A stretch of DNA of 64,000 nucleotides from Desulfobacterales bacterium (GCA_963674755.2 CAXXVS010000002.1:288001-352000), one strand, 5' to 3'. Counted from the stretch's first letter, positions 1 through 9,696 are shown. The notes: generated by a model from the letters alone, not told the origin. Program-made: numbers and translations.

Positions 1-1023
1 CCGATAATGGTTCTGGTCGGAGAACAGGGCTCCTCGAAAAGCACCACCGCCAAGATGCTAAAGGGTCTCACCGACCCCGCAACAATCGGCTTAGTGGCCC
101 TGCCCAAATGCGAACGGGACCTTGCCATCGCAGCCCAGCGAACCTGGACGCTGCCCTACGACAACCTGTCCAAGATAACGGACGGCATGTCGGACGCCTT
201 TTGCAGGCTGGCCACAGGGGGCGGATTCAGGACCCGGACGCTTTACACCAACGAAGATGAAATGATGTTCAGTTCGGTGCGGCCGCTCATCATGAACGGC
301 ATCTCCGACTTCGTAACCCGCCAGGACCTGGCGGACCGGTCAATCCTCATCAACCTGCCGTCCATCCCGGAGCATAGGCGTCTGCCGGAAAAGGCCCTGT
401 ACGAACGCTGGCGGGAAGCACGGCCCCTGATATTCGGGGCCATCTGTGACGCCCTGTCCACGTCGCTTCGCAATCTCCCCCATGTACAGCTGCCGACCTA
501 CCCCCGAATGGCGGACTTCGCCCAACTCATCGTCGCGGCCGAGCCGGTCCTGCCCTGGAAAAGCGGAGCCTTCCTGCAGGCCTACTTCGAGAACCGGGAA
601 AAGATGATTGACGTCGCCCTTGAGGCCGACGAGGTCGCCACCGCCGTGATCGCCCTGGTCGAGCAAACCGTTAGCGGCGAATGGATGGGGACCGCAACGG
701 AGCTCAGGGACGCCCTCGACACCGTCGTGGATGAACGGACCCGCCGACTCCGCTCCTGGCCCAAGTGGCCCAACATGGTGTCCAACCGCGTGCGGCGGTG
801 TGCAACCTTCCTGCGGTCCAAGGGCATTCACTACGAGCGGGGGAAGTCCGGCAACCGCTACATCGTGCTTCGAAAGATGGACGATGGGACCGCCCAGACC
901 GTCCCAACCGTCCGTCCTGAGCCTAAACCACCACTGACAGAGGCAGCTGATCCAGTCGACACGGGCATCAGCATCCCAGTAACCGACAACGAAGACGATG
1001 ACTTCGAGGAGGGCGAAATTTGA
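1..1023 (+). CDS. P-loop ATPase (MGE replication/helicase-like), 5'-truncated by the window edge
   Basis: Walker A GEQGSSKST, Walker B-like YDNLS, DLADR arginine-finger-like motif; frame is open back to base 1. Confidence 0.7.
   Translation, partial: PIMVLVGEQGSSKSTTAKMLKGLTDPATIGLVALPKCERDLAIAAQRTWTLPYDNLSKITDGMSDAFCRLATGGGFRTRTLYTNEDEMMFSSVRPLIMNGISDFVTRQDLADRSILINLPSIPEHRRLPEKALYERWREARPLIFGAICDALSTSLRNLPHVQLPTYPRMADFAQLIVAAEPVLPWKSGAFLQAYFENREKMIDVALEADEVATAVIALVEQTVSGEWMGTATELRDALDTVVDERTRRLRSWPKWPNMVSNRVRRCATFLRSKGIHYERGKSGNRYIVLRKMDDGTAQTVPTVRPEPKPPLTEAADPVDTGISIPVTDNEDDDFEEGEI
889..915 (+). repeat. Triple 9-bp iteron-like motif ACCGCCCAG-ACCGTCCCA-ACCGTCCGT, with an inverted copy at 879-888
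   Basis: Read directly; same consensus as the five other island sites. Confidence 0.7.
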
Positions 1024-2894
1024 TGGAAACGAAAAACCTGATAGAGGACTTGAAAGCCAGGGGCATCCATCTGTACCGCGAAGGCGATAATCTCAAGTGG
1101 CGGGCTCAGAAAGGAGCGATAACCAACGACCTGATAGCCTCGATGAAAAAGCACAAGCAGGAATTGCTGACGCTGTTGAACGCTTCGGAAACACAACCAG
1201 CGGAAGTCGCCAAAGGATGGAAAGCAAGATTCGCGGACAGCCGCCTCCAGTTCATCCGGGGGGATTTCTACCCCTGGTGTGCGGCGAATCTCAAAGCGGA
1301 TAGTGTCGATCTCATTCTCACCGACCCGCCATACCCCAAGAAATACCGCTACATCTGGGATCAATTGGGCGAAGTGGCGGCCCGAGTCCTGAAGCCAGGA
1401 GGGATTCTGGCGACCTATTCGGGCCTCTACCACTTGCCTTACGTGCTCGACGCCTTGGGTAAGCATCTGACTTACTGTTGGACGATAGCCCTTCGGCACG
1501 GCGGTAAAACGCAGTTGGTCTTTGCCAGGAATGTCATCAGCACCTATAAGCCGATCCTTGTCTACCAGAAGGGTAGCCGTAAAAAATTCGAAAATGCCAT
1601 AACAGACACGATCACCAATGACCGTAAGGATAAAAAATATCACAAGTGGGGTCAGGGAGAAGATGGGGTCAAAAAGCTGATGGAGATGTTTTCCAATCCC
1701 GGTGATTTGGTCTTGGACCCATTTGCCGGGGGCGGAACTACTCTTGCCGTGGCAAGTGCCATAGGCCGCAGGTGCATCGGCATCGAAATCGCTGATAACC
1801 ATTATGACATAGCCAATAAAAGAGTACGGAACCAGGTGCTTCTATCTCACCGAGAAGGAGCGATAACGAACAACCCCAAGACGAAACCTAAAGTGGTGGC
1901 AAAAAACAGAAGATCCGAAATCGATACGAAGGGAAGGGGCTCAGCCATCATCAAGGACGATAGCGGTGTCGAGCATAAAGCCACAACCTCTCTAATCATC
2001 TCTGCCAGCCGCAAGACGGATATCCCTGCCCATTTCACCAAAAACTTCATGGATCGGCTTCGGCGAGGGTACCTGAAGGTGACCTTCCCGAAGACACGGT
2101 ACATTTCCTTCGAGGATACCCGCCTGATTGTTTTCTGGACCAAAAACCCGCAGCCGCTGCTTGGATACCTGGATGAAATTGATGCTATGAGGATAAACTA
2201 CTATTTCCAATTCACCCTTGACGACTACGAAGACGAAGGATTGGAGCCGAATCTCCCGTCCCTTCGAAAACGAATTGAAACCTTTAGAGCTCTTTCGGAA
2301 AAGGTTGGCAAAGAAAGGACTATATGGCGGTTTGACCCTTTGATTTTAACCGACACGATATCGCCCGCTAAAATAATCCGGAAAGCCGGTCGGTTAATGA
2401 AACGTCTTCATCCCTACACCGAGAAACTCGTGATCAGCTTCCTTAAGGCCAGCAAACATAAGAAAGTCGAAAGGAGCCTTACCAAGGCGGGGATTAGATA
2501 CAGGGACTTTTCGGCAGGTGAGATAGCATATATCGCCGACGAATTGGGGCGAATGGGCAAACAACATGGCGTTCAAGTGATGGCCTGCTCAGAAAGTATG
2601 GATCTGGCCCAATATGGAATCGGCCGCAACAAGTGTATTGATGACGCCTTGGTTCGGAAGCTGTTTGGCCATGACAAGGATCTCATGGCCTTCGCCAACT
2701 GCGGGAAAATCCGAAAGGATACGGGGCAGCGTCCGTTGTGTGGGTGTATTCCGAGTCTGGATATTGGAACCTATGACACATGCCGGCACTTCTGCACTTA
2801 CTGCTACGCGAATCATTCGGAAATCGCCGTTGAAAACAAAATCAATCGGATTTCCGGTGAAGATGATTTGCTGGTGCCTGACGCAATGGATTAG
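1020..2894 (+). CDS. Fusion protein: TubC N-terminal docking-like domain + N4/N6 DNA methyltransferase (beta class) + DUF1848 (radical-SAM/SPL-related) domain
   Basis: N-term LKARGIHLYREGDNLKWRAQKGAIT; catalytic TDPPY before the SAM-binding LDPFAGGGTT; DUF1848 signature IISASRKTDIPA, VFWTKNP, WRFDP and C-terminal CGC..DIGTYDTCRHFCTYCYAN. Confidence 0.8.
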   Translation: MMETKNLIEDLKARGIHLYREGDNLKWRAQKGAITNDLIASMKKHKQELLTLLNASETQPAEVAKGWKARFADSRLQFIRGDFYPWCAANLKADSVDLILTDPPYPKKYRYIWDQLGEVAARVLKPGGILATYSGLYHLPYVLDALGKHLTYCWTIALRHGGKTQLVFARNVISTYKPILVYQKGSRKKFENAITDTITNDRKDKKYHKWGQGEDGVKKLMEMFSNPGDLVLDPFAGGGTTLAVASAIGRRCIGIEIADNHYDIANKRVRNQVLLSHREGAITNNPKTKPKVVAKNRRSEIDTKGRGSAIIKDDSGVEHKATTSLIISASRKTDIPAHFTKNFMDRLRRGYLKVTFPKTRYISFEDTRLIVFWTKNPQPLLGYLDEIDAMRINYYFQFTLDDYEDEGLEPNLPSLRKRIETFRALSEKVGKERTIWRFDPLILTDTISPAKIIRKAGRLMKRLHPYTEKLVISFLKASKHKKVERSLTKAGIRYRDFSAGEIAYIADELGRMGKQHGVQVMACSESMDLAQYGIGRNKCIDDALVRKLFGHDKDLMAFANCGKIRKDTGQRPLCGCIPSLDIGTYDTCRHFCTYCYANHSEIAVENKINRISGEDDLLVPDAMD

Positions 2895-2921
2895 GCCCGT
2901 GTCGGCTTGAAACAGGAGCAG

Positions 2922-3651
2922 ATGGATATGACCACCTACCAAGACCTAAAATCAGCCGATTACCTGCAAGGCATCCTTGCCTTTGCCGAACGGCTGCTAA
3001 AGCTGAAATTCGCGAGATGGGGCGACGGGAAGTATGCCGCCCACTGCCCCTTCCACGCCGATACCAAAGACAGCTTCAGGGTCTATGTGAACGACAAGGG
3101 GGAAGTATGCTTCCACTGTTTTGGGGCCTGTCGGGCGGAATGGGATATCTATGACCTGATTATGCTCAGATTTAAATGCCCTTTCCGTGATGCCCACTGC
3201 GGCTGAACTTGGTGTAAAGGATTTCCAGCCATACCAAAGCGGTTACGAGGAAGCATCTGAACCGGAGGAACCTGATGACCCGGTGTCATTCCTGCCACCG
3301 CCACCCATGGACGAAAATGTCCGCGAAGCCCTCTCGGATGCAGCGGATTTTTACAATCACATTTTGCAACAGAACGCAGACCGGTTTCCTAAGGTGATGG
3401 GATACCTTGGCCGGCGTGGCATCAGGACCGAAATTATTGACCGCTTTCAGATCGGTTATGCCCCGGCATTGGGAGACAAGCATTACGCGGGACGAGCCCT
3501 AAAGGAAACCGACGCAACCATTGCCGGCTGGCTATCGACCTCCCGTCAGACCATCAGTAAGTACAAGACCTACCTGCATAGACTGGGTTACTTGAATATT
3601 GATACCAGTACCAGGGTCCAGAAGCTTTCCGTTCAGTTCTCCCCCAAGTAA
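2922..3651 (+). pseudogene. CHC2 zinc-finger DnaG-like primase remnant, frameshifted (~3195) and internally deleted, ending in an HTH-like segment
   Basis: CPFHADTKDSF...CFHCFGAC zinc finger; second frame continues with AADFY...YLGRRGI...FQIGYAP; no Toprim domain follows. Confidence 0.7.
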
Positions 3652-3825
3652 TCCGTCCCTATCACCATACCTCAGCATACCGTCCCACCGGTAAAGCCCG
3701 TGCACCGGCATTCTTTATAGGGGAAATATTAGGGTAAAAATGGCTTGTATTGATTATGATGCCAGTTAGATAGAGCGATCTTTGACGAATTTTTCTGTAA
3801 ACTGCGAAATGTTTTCAGGGTCAAT

Positions 3826-3852
3826 TTAGACGGTCTGGACGATTTGGACGAT
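3826..3852 (-). repeat. Triple 9-bp iteron-like motif (ATCGTCCAA-ATCGTCCAG-ACCGTCTAA on the minus strand)
   Basis: Read directly. Confidence 0.75.
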
Positions 3853-4081
3853 GAATTGATAGACGTCAATTTCCCTTGCCACAGTCATTGAAACCACAGA
3901 GATTTCGAGTATAGTCTCTAATAGTTTTCAATAAAATACCGATAACCTGCAAAAGAATCGTTAGGAGTTGTTTTATTCTCGGCAGGAGATGCTTCTTGCA
4001 TCGTGAGATATTGAACGCAGTCGAATTTCTTGAAATCACCTGGACAAAGTTTGGAAAATTATTGTTGTGAGAGGAGGCAAA

Positions 4082-4396
4082 ATGTCTCGAAGCAAAGTAA
4101 TCACCTCAGTTTTAGTTATTTTTGTAGTTGCTGTTGTTGGATTCTTAGGTTTTGATTGGTACGCCATTAATAAAAAGATGAATGAGAATCCGTATGTAGA
4201 GCAAATGTATTCCTGGACTGATGAAAATGGCGAGGAACATTTCACCAATACCCAACCGCCGCTTGGAGCAAAAAATGTAGTTCTAATGGAGGGGTCCGCT
4301 TATGTTCGGCCTCCAATGGTAATTATCCTTAAGAACAAGGCTATAGCGATATTCGAAAATGGCCAGAATCTTTGGAGTAACTATTTTGGTGATTAA
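4082..4396 (+). CDS. DUF4124-like membrane-anchored protein
   Basis: N-terminal TM helix; motif MYSWTDENGEEHFTNTQPP; RBS GAGGAGG before the ATG at 4082. Confidence 0.7.
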   Translation: MSRSKVITSVLVIFVVAVVGFLGFDWYAINKKMNENPYVEQMYSWTDENGEEHFTNTQPPLGAKNVVLMEGSAYVRPPMVIILKNKAIAIFENGQNLWSNYFGD

Positions 4397-4417
4397 GAAA
4401 TCCTAAACGTTTTAGGT

Positions 4418-4723
4418 GTGCTTGCGGTGCTGGGTGGTGCCAATAACTACCATGAGCTTGAAGTTGCCGGCGACGTCCTGATCGCTGCAGAGCAATCCTT
4501 GTCCAAGAATTTCGGCCAGCATGCATCTGTTAGCCTTGGAGGCTTCGATGCTCACGGACTCATTGAAAGGGAAAAGTGGTCCTCTATAGCCGGCATAGCT
4601 GTCGGCATCCTGCTCGCGATTATCGGCACCATGATGCTCAGGAGCACTACCCCACAGATCGTCTATTCATATGATCGTGATATTGAGGAAGAGCCGCTGG
4701 AGGAGCGGAGGTTCAGGCTCTGA
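4418..4723 (+). CDS. Hypothetical single-TM protein (start uncertain, possibly a fragment)
   Basis: ORF with hydrophobic segment WSSIAGIAVGILLAIIGTMM. Confidence 0.35.
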   Translation: MLAVLGGANNYHELEVAGDVLIAAEQSLSKNFGQHASVSLGGFDAHGLIEREKWSSIAGIAVGILLAIIGTMMLRSTTPQIVYSYDRDIEEEPLEERRFRL

Positions 4724-4999
4724 CCAATCTTTCTGTGCTGAAAATTTCCAAGCCGGCGGTGAAAAATCGTTAGATCCGCCAGAGTGAGTGTAACAGGCAC
4801 CCACTCTACTGTAATTACAGTCTGCCCGAAAAAGTGTCACAAAACGCCTAAAAGTGTAAAACAAAAGTAATTACAGGGGGATAGATATTGCACTTTGAGA
4901 GGTGAAGTGACCGCGATACGTTGCGGCGACTGTGACTGGAAATAGGGTGAAACACATCGGAAACCTACCTGAAATACCCCAAAAATCAAGCAATACAGG

Positions 5000-5198
5000 A
5001 GCCCGATCATCGAAAGGTGGCCGGGCTTTTTGCTTTTAGGAATCAATAGCAACAGGAAAGAAGCAAGCCATGATGAAGGTCAATTTGAGCGGTGATTACG
5101 AGGGAAAGTACAGGATTTCGGTGAGCGAGTGGGTGTTGGGCATCCTGAACTTGGTGCTGCTGGCGGCATTGGTGCTGTATCAACAATTTTCAGATTAA
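5000..5198 (+). repeat. Cassette copy 1: GAAA-loop hairpin + U-tract + RBS + 42-aa peptide gene; direct repeat of 6414-6613
   Basis: GCCCGATCATCGAAAGGTGGCCGGGCTTTTTG...AATCAATAGCAACA...GCAAGCCATGATGAAGGT is shared by both copies. Confidence 0.9.
5070..5198 (+). CDS. 42-aa membrane peptide MMKVNLSGDYEGKYRISVSEWVLGILNLVLLAALVLYQQFSD (not in the ORF track)
   Basis: Translated by hand; paralogue of identical length and frame at 6485. Confidence 0.7.
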   Translation: MMKVNLSGDYEGKYRISVSEWVLGILNLVLLAALVLYQQFSD

Positions 5199-5483
5199 AA
5201 TCAGCCAGAACCAGATTCCCCATATCCAACCATCCAGTATCATTGACATTCAATTCTTATATGGTGTAATTCTCGTAATCTCATCCATCGATCGGGCTTT
5301 TCTGTCAGGCATAGCGATCAGTCGTATCCCATCATCAGACGTCAACCTTTTGCGGATGTGTAACGGCTTAAATTCGAAATCACCAACAGAACCTACATGG
5401 TAAACTGAAGACACCATAGTAGACTTTGTCACATTTGAAACATATTGGAGTAAATCGATAATATAACCAAGGAGGCCAAAAGA

Positions 5484-5843
5484 ATGAGAAAAACAGCTAT
5501 TTTAACGCTACTTGCAGGATCAATGTTAATGGTTTTTTTTATTACTTCTGCTTTTGGAGCTACAACTCGAGTCATCGAGAATGAAAAACAAAAAAGATAT
5601 ACTTCCCAAAAAATGCCCCCAACATCTTTGGTCCAAAAAAACTTTGAAATGATGAAAAATAGTGGTGTTTATACCAAAAATATCAAGGTTTTTGGCCTAT
5701 CACCAGACAATGAAAATTATGCATTAATTATAGCATCCGGTGGAAAATGGGATGAATACTACTACGTTAGACGTACTACGGATGATTTTTGGGTAATTAG
5801 GGTTGGAAGTAGTACATTGTTCTGGGTTATTGTTGACAACTAA
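5484..5843 (+). CDS. Hypothetical secreted protein (AT-rich cargo)
   Basis: RBS AAGGAGG; signal-peptide-like N-terminus ending SAFGA. Confidence 0.7.
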   Translation: MRKTAILTLLAGSMLMVFFITSAFGATTRVIENEKQKRYTSQKMPPTSLVQKNFEMMKNSGVYTKNIKVFGLSPDNENYALIIASGGKWDEYYYVRRTTDDFWVIRVGSSTLFWVIVDN

Positions 5844-6050
5844 TTATTCTAAATTTTTACCGAAAGGCAGGTTAATGGGCACGAATTGAATAGTGGATTC
5901 CATTGTAGCAGATCGTCTTTTTCTGAGTTCTGTTTCTTTAGGTCCCGTAGCTTCAAATTTACATGGCAAATTTTATATAAGTGAACAGCCTATCAGAATA
6001 TGGCTCTCTGGCCGCCCATTTTTGATCAACATCCAACGTGCCCTTGAATC

Positions 6051-6237
6051 AGCCTGTCATGATCCTTGCTACGCTTCTGACATAATCCAAAGTTGATTGA
6101 TCTGACAGAGCTAATAGTAGCGGTGGCATTAGCAACATTATGATACTTTTACCCGCCGGCCGAAAATTTACAGATATGGCTGGACGCACCATCCAATAAT
6201 CCCGCGTATATAATCAGAGCAAGGATCACACCAAGCT
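6051..6237. repeat. Long imperfect palindrome A (homologue of 10132-10245, with an ~80-nt insert in the loop)
   Basis: TGATCCTTGCT (6060-6070) pairs with AGCAAGGATCA; the 19-mer GCCTGTCATGATCCTTGCT is identical to copy B. Confidence 0.8.
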
Positions 6238-6413
6238 TCTCATGTGTCCATCCTCAGCACTTTACCAATGATGCCATAACGGCCCCCTCCTGGCTGAACA
6301 CCGCACACTATTCTATCGATCACTATGTGTCGAGGGAGCCCGTTGCATTGAACCAACTAAAAATGAACACCCTACTCTATAGAATATCAATAGGGTAGCC
6401 TGTCCAAATTTTG

Positions 6414-6613
6414 AAGCCCGATCATCGAAAGGTGGTCGGGCTTTTTGTGTTCTGAAATCAATAGCAACAAGAAAGGAGCAAGCCATGATGAAGGTTAATT
6501 TGATTGGAGGCTACTATAGTAAGTATAGGATTTCGATGATCGAGTGGTTCCTAATCGTCCTGAATCTTGTGCTACTGGTGCTGGCATTGTTTTGCAAATT
6601 CTGCAATAATTAA
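6414..6613 (+). repeat. Cassette copy 2: hairpin + U-tract + RBS + 42-aa peptide gene
   Basis: AAGCCCGATCATC-GAAA-GGTGGTCGGGCTT stem followed by T run; aligns to 5000-5198. Confidence 0.9.
6485..6613 (+). CDS. 42-aa membrane peptide MMKVNLIGGYYSKYRISMIEWFLIVLNLVLLVLALFCKFCNN (not in the ORF track)
   Basis: RBS AAGGAG; paralogue of 5070-5198. Confidence 0.7.
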   Translation: MMKVNLIGGYYSKYRISMIEWFLIVLNLVLLVLALFCKFCNN

Positions 6614-6693
6614 AGCAAGATTTGTTAATAGTTGTTGTTTATAGATTGGGATACGATTTCGAAGCGTTGAATTCTTAATGAGGACATGAACTT

Positions 6694-7482
6694 ATGGCTG
6701 ACAAATTGCCTCAGGCAATCTACGGCGACGAATCAGGATTCACAGGCAATAATTTATTGAACAAAACACAACCTTTTTTTTCATATGCTACAGTAGCAGG
6801 AGAAAAGGAAGAATTTAAGGACTTTGTCTCAAAGATAATTGCCGATTACAATGTCCAAGGAGGTGAACTAAAATCAAGCAAGTTGCTTAAATATAATAAG
6901 GGGCGAAAAGCAATTACAGAAATTCTAAAAAAATTTTCAAATGATGCACTCGTCTCGATATTTCATAAAAAATATTCTTTAGCCTCGAAATTTTTTGAAT
7001 ATATATTTGAACCACCCTTAGCCGAAAAAAACTCGTTATTTTATCGTATCAATTTTCATAGATTTATTGCAAATATTCTTTACGTCTGGTTTTCTGCAAA
7101 CGTGGCATACGCAGAAGATATTTTCGAAGAGTTTGAATCTGCAATGAGGTCTCTTGATGATAAAGAATTTAATGTCCTGACAACTGATATTGCGTTGCCA
7201 GATGTTGATCCAATAATTGAAGAAATAAGAACTTTCGCAAAACTAAATAAGCCTATAATCAAAGAGGAGTTAGAATCATTAAAAAATATCGGATCTGCCA
7301 AATGGATTTTAGAGTTATCTGATACGGCTCTATTTCATCAACTTGCTGAATGGGGTCAAAAATTTGAACAAATAGAGGTGTTTTGCGATGCTTCCAAGCC
7401 GATTGACAGTATGAAAGAAGTTTTAAATGTGATGATTGATAGAAAAGATAAAAAGTTTATCGATGCATTTGGCTATCCATGA
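6694..7482 (+). pseudogene. DUF3800 (RNase H-like fold) protein, C-terminally truncated
   Basis: N-terminal IYGDESGFTG, ELKSS, VFCD motifs; lacks the usual C-terminal QxAD motif; collides with a convergent truncated ORF. Confidence 0.65.
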
Positions 7483-7573
7483 GGAGCTGCACCAGAGCCT
7501 CCATATAGACCTCATTGGCCATCAGGAGCTCTTTGAAGCTAACCAGTTCGTCGTCGTTTAGTTTTGTTGCCAT
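7457..7573 (-). pseudogene. Small helical protein fragment MATKLNDDELVSFKELLMANEVYMEALVQLLMD..., apparently truncated
   Basis: RBS AGGA; starts right after the 7584 ORF; overlaps the DUF3800 3' end. Confidence 0.5.
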
Positions 7574-7583
7574 TGTGTTCCTG

Positions 7584-7949
7584 TTAGTCATCTTTAGATA
7601 TTTTATCTATAAGATCTTTGGCACCGTCAACTTTCCATTCTCGTTCGATTAAGTTTTTGGTATATTCTTTACCATACATAGCTACCATTTCTTTCAATAT
7701 CATTGTCGCCTTCTCAAGTATCTCGTCCTTTCGAAGACCTTGATGCAAATGGTATATTTGAGCTTGTTCTTTAGATATGATGCCATTACGAATTAGAGCG
7801 TCCTCATCAGTCTCTTCCTCATCTCTGAACTCATCAAATGGTCTCTGCATCTTCCTCGGAGCTGGAGAAACAAAGTAACCAGTACCGTCCTCCAGCTCCT
7901 CGATCAGTATCCAGCCTTTACCTGTATCTTTATGGATGTACACGTCCAT
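7584..7949 (-). CDS. Hypothetical protein
   Basis: ~121-aa ORF with normal composition in AT-rich DNA. Confidence 0.6.
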   Translation of the reverse strand: MDVYIHKDTGKGWILIEELEDGTGYFVSPAPRKMQRPFDEFRDEEETDEDALIRNGIISKEQAQIYHLHQGLRKDEILEKATMILKEMVAMYGKEYTKNLIEREWKVDGAKDLIDKISKDD

Positions 7950-8143
7950 TTTATATTCCACCCGTATAAGAACTTATTTGCACATTTTATCTAATATTGG
8001 ACCCACTCCAGGCATAGTGGGTGAACTATCATCACCTAACAAGCCTGTACTTGACCGGCAGATGGGCTATTCGGCCTGTAGAGATAAAACGAAGTGTTCC
8101 GAGTGTTCCTTTTCCACTGAAATCGATGAAAGGAGGTGATTCC

Positions 8144-8353
8144 ATGCTTCAGCCACATAAAGCCGTCCATGTTATGCGGCGGATCTGCATGATCTGTGGA
8201 ACCACCCTCAATCTCAGAGTGATGTCCAACGACGCCGGCTATTACATCGGCTTCTATTGCCTTCAGTGTGGCCCTTACAGCCGTGAGAGCTGCTATTATT
8301 CCTGCCGTGAGGAGGCCCTGAACGCCCTGAACACTGGCTCTTGGAGTTGCTGA
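8144..8353 (+). CDS. 69-aa CxxC..CxxC zinc-finger microprotein (paralogue of 10495-10707)
   Basis: RBS AAAGGAGGTGA; CMIC...SNDAGYYIGFYCLQCGPYSRES. Confidence 0.8.
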   Translation: MLQPHKAVHVMRRICMICGTTLNLRVMSNDAGYYIGFYCLQCGPYSRESCYYSCREEALNALNTGSWSC

Positions 8354-8508
8354 ATTTAATCGATTTGATTGACTGCATTCTGATTATCTTGATTTTTCGA
8401 ATAATTTTTGCTGTCTTTATTTTGGGATATGACATAGTGCGTTTGATAATACCGTGATTCCATGATGATCAGACATAAAATCTTATTGGTTTCTAAGGAG
8501 GAGCCTCC

Positions 8509-9642
8509 ATGAGTTTACCTCCAGATTCAACACTTGATGACGTAAAGGTTCGTATCGTACAGTCCATCAAAAATCCAAACGTTGGCAAAAGAGAACAAGT
8601 TGTCCTCAAAGAGGGGCCTCGTGCTTTCAGACTCGCTACTCTTTTTGAGATCATGAAACCAGAGACCGGTGAGCTACATCACTACACACTGAAAATCGAT
8701 AGTATCGATCGGAAAAAAGCGGGCTGGTTTTACAAACCAGAAAAATCTGTATCACTTGAAGGAAAGGAGACTAATGATGAAATTGAGCGGCTTTTCCTCT
8801 TTCTGCGTGCTCATTTAGAAGGGAAACTATCTGATGCAACTGGTGAACTTCATATCATCAGATCGGAAGAATACGAGAAACTTGAGAGACTAATCGATTT
8901 AATCCCAAACCTATCCTCGCCTGACATGGTTGAACTCGTCAAACTTATTCTTCCTCGCATCGAAGATGCAAGTTCATATTTACCAAAATTTATCGAAACA
9001 TTCGAAAACACTAATTCCGAAACCTTAGAACATGTTGCTGTCGCTGCGTGTTTTGTAAAACACAAGCAGGCATACGAAAATCTTAAACTGCTTGTAGAAT
9101 CTGAAAAATGTATTGAAAATGATTTCCAGAGTTTGCTCGCAGCCAATCCCTGGATGTTTGGAAGTGAATACAGCGAACTTCTTGATAGACGAGCCTGGAC
9201 CCGTGATGACAGTTTGGATTTCATGCTTCGACGCACAGCGGACAACTATTTAGAAATAGTTGAGATAAAAACGCCATTCAAAGAGCCATTGTTTATTTAT
9301 GATAAGTCACATGACTCCTACTATCCATCCTCCAAGTTATCGTCTGTACTTGGGCAGGTTATGCGATATATTGCTGAAATTGAGCGTGACCGTGATTCTA
9401 TATTAAGTAAGGACAAATGCGATACCCTTAAAATTAGAGCACGAATAATTATCGGCTCCGACGGTCCTGAAGGCCATCAAGAGGCACTGCGAAACTTTAA
9501 TTCACATCTGCATCGAATTGAAGTGATAACATTTAACCAGCTTATCAGAATTGCCGGTAGAGTACTTAGTGTATTTGAAGAAGGGGCTCTTAGCGAAGAT
9601 AGCTGTTCACCAAAATTCGAGGAGGACGACATACCTTTCTAA
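8509..9642 (+). CDS. sduA: Shedu-type anti-phage nuclease (DUF4263 C-terminal domain) with an uncharacterised N-terminal domain
   Basis: ENDFQSLLAANPWMFG, DFM, VEIKTP, LSSVLGQVMRY, IIIG, IEVITFNQL: the PD-(D/E)xK DUF4263 pattern. Confidence 0.85.
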   Translation: MSLPPDSTLDDVKVRIVQSIKNPNVGKREQVVLKEGPRAFRLATLFEIMKPETGELHHYTLKIDSIDRKKAGWFYKPEKSVSLEGKETNDEIERLFLFLRAHLEGKLSDATGELHIIRSEEYEKLERLIDLIPNLSSPDMVELVKLILPRIEDASSYLPKFIETFENTNSETLEHVAVAACFVKHKQAYENLKLLVESEKCIENDFQSLLAANPWMFGSEYSELLDRRAWTRDDSLDFMLRRTADNYLEIVEIKTPFKEPLFIYDKSHDSYYPSSKLSSVLGQVMRYIAEIERDRDSILSKDKCDTLKIRARIIIGSDGPEGHQEALRNFNSHLHRIEVITFNQLIRIAGRVLSVFEEGALSEDSCSPKFEEDDIPF

Positions 9643-9696
9643 AAGTCTTTTTTGATTCATCATTAACCAAATTATAATAGTAATATCGATTTTTTT

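Noticed and set aside
5893..6096. 67-aa ORF (and the 74-aa ORF at 9941-10165) overlapping the long palindromes
   Set aside because: No RBS; the homologous palindromes differ by indels and do not keep a shared reading frame, so the conserved feature is non-coding
8021..8143. N-terminal extension of the 110-aa ORF
   Set aside because: A strong RBS and the paralogue at 10495 place the start at 8144
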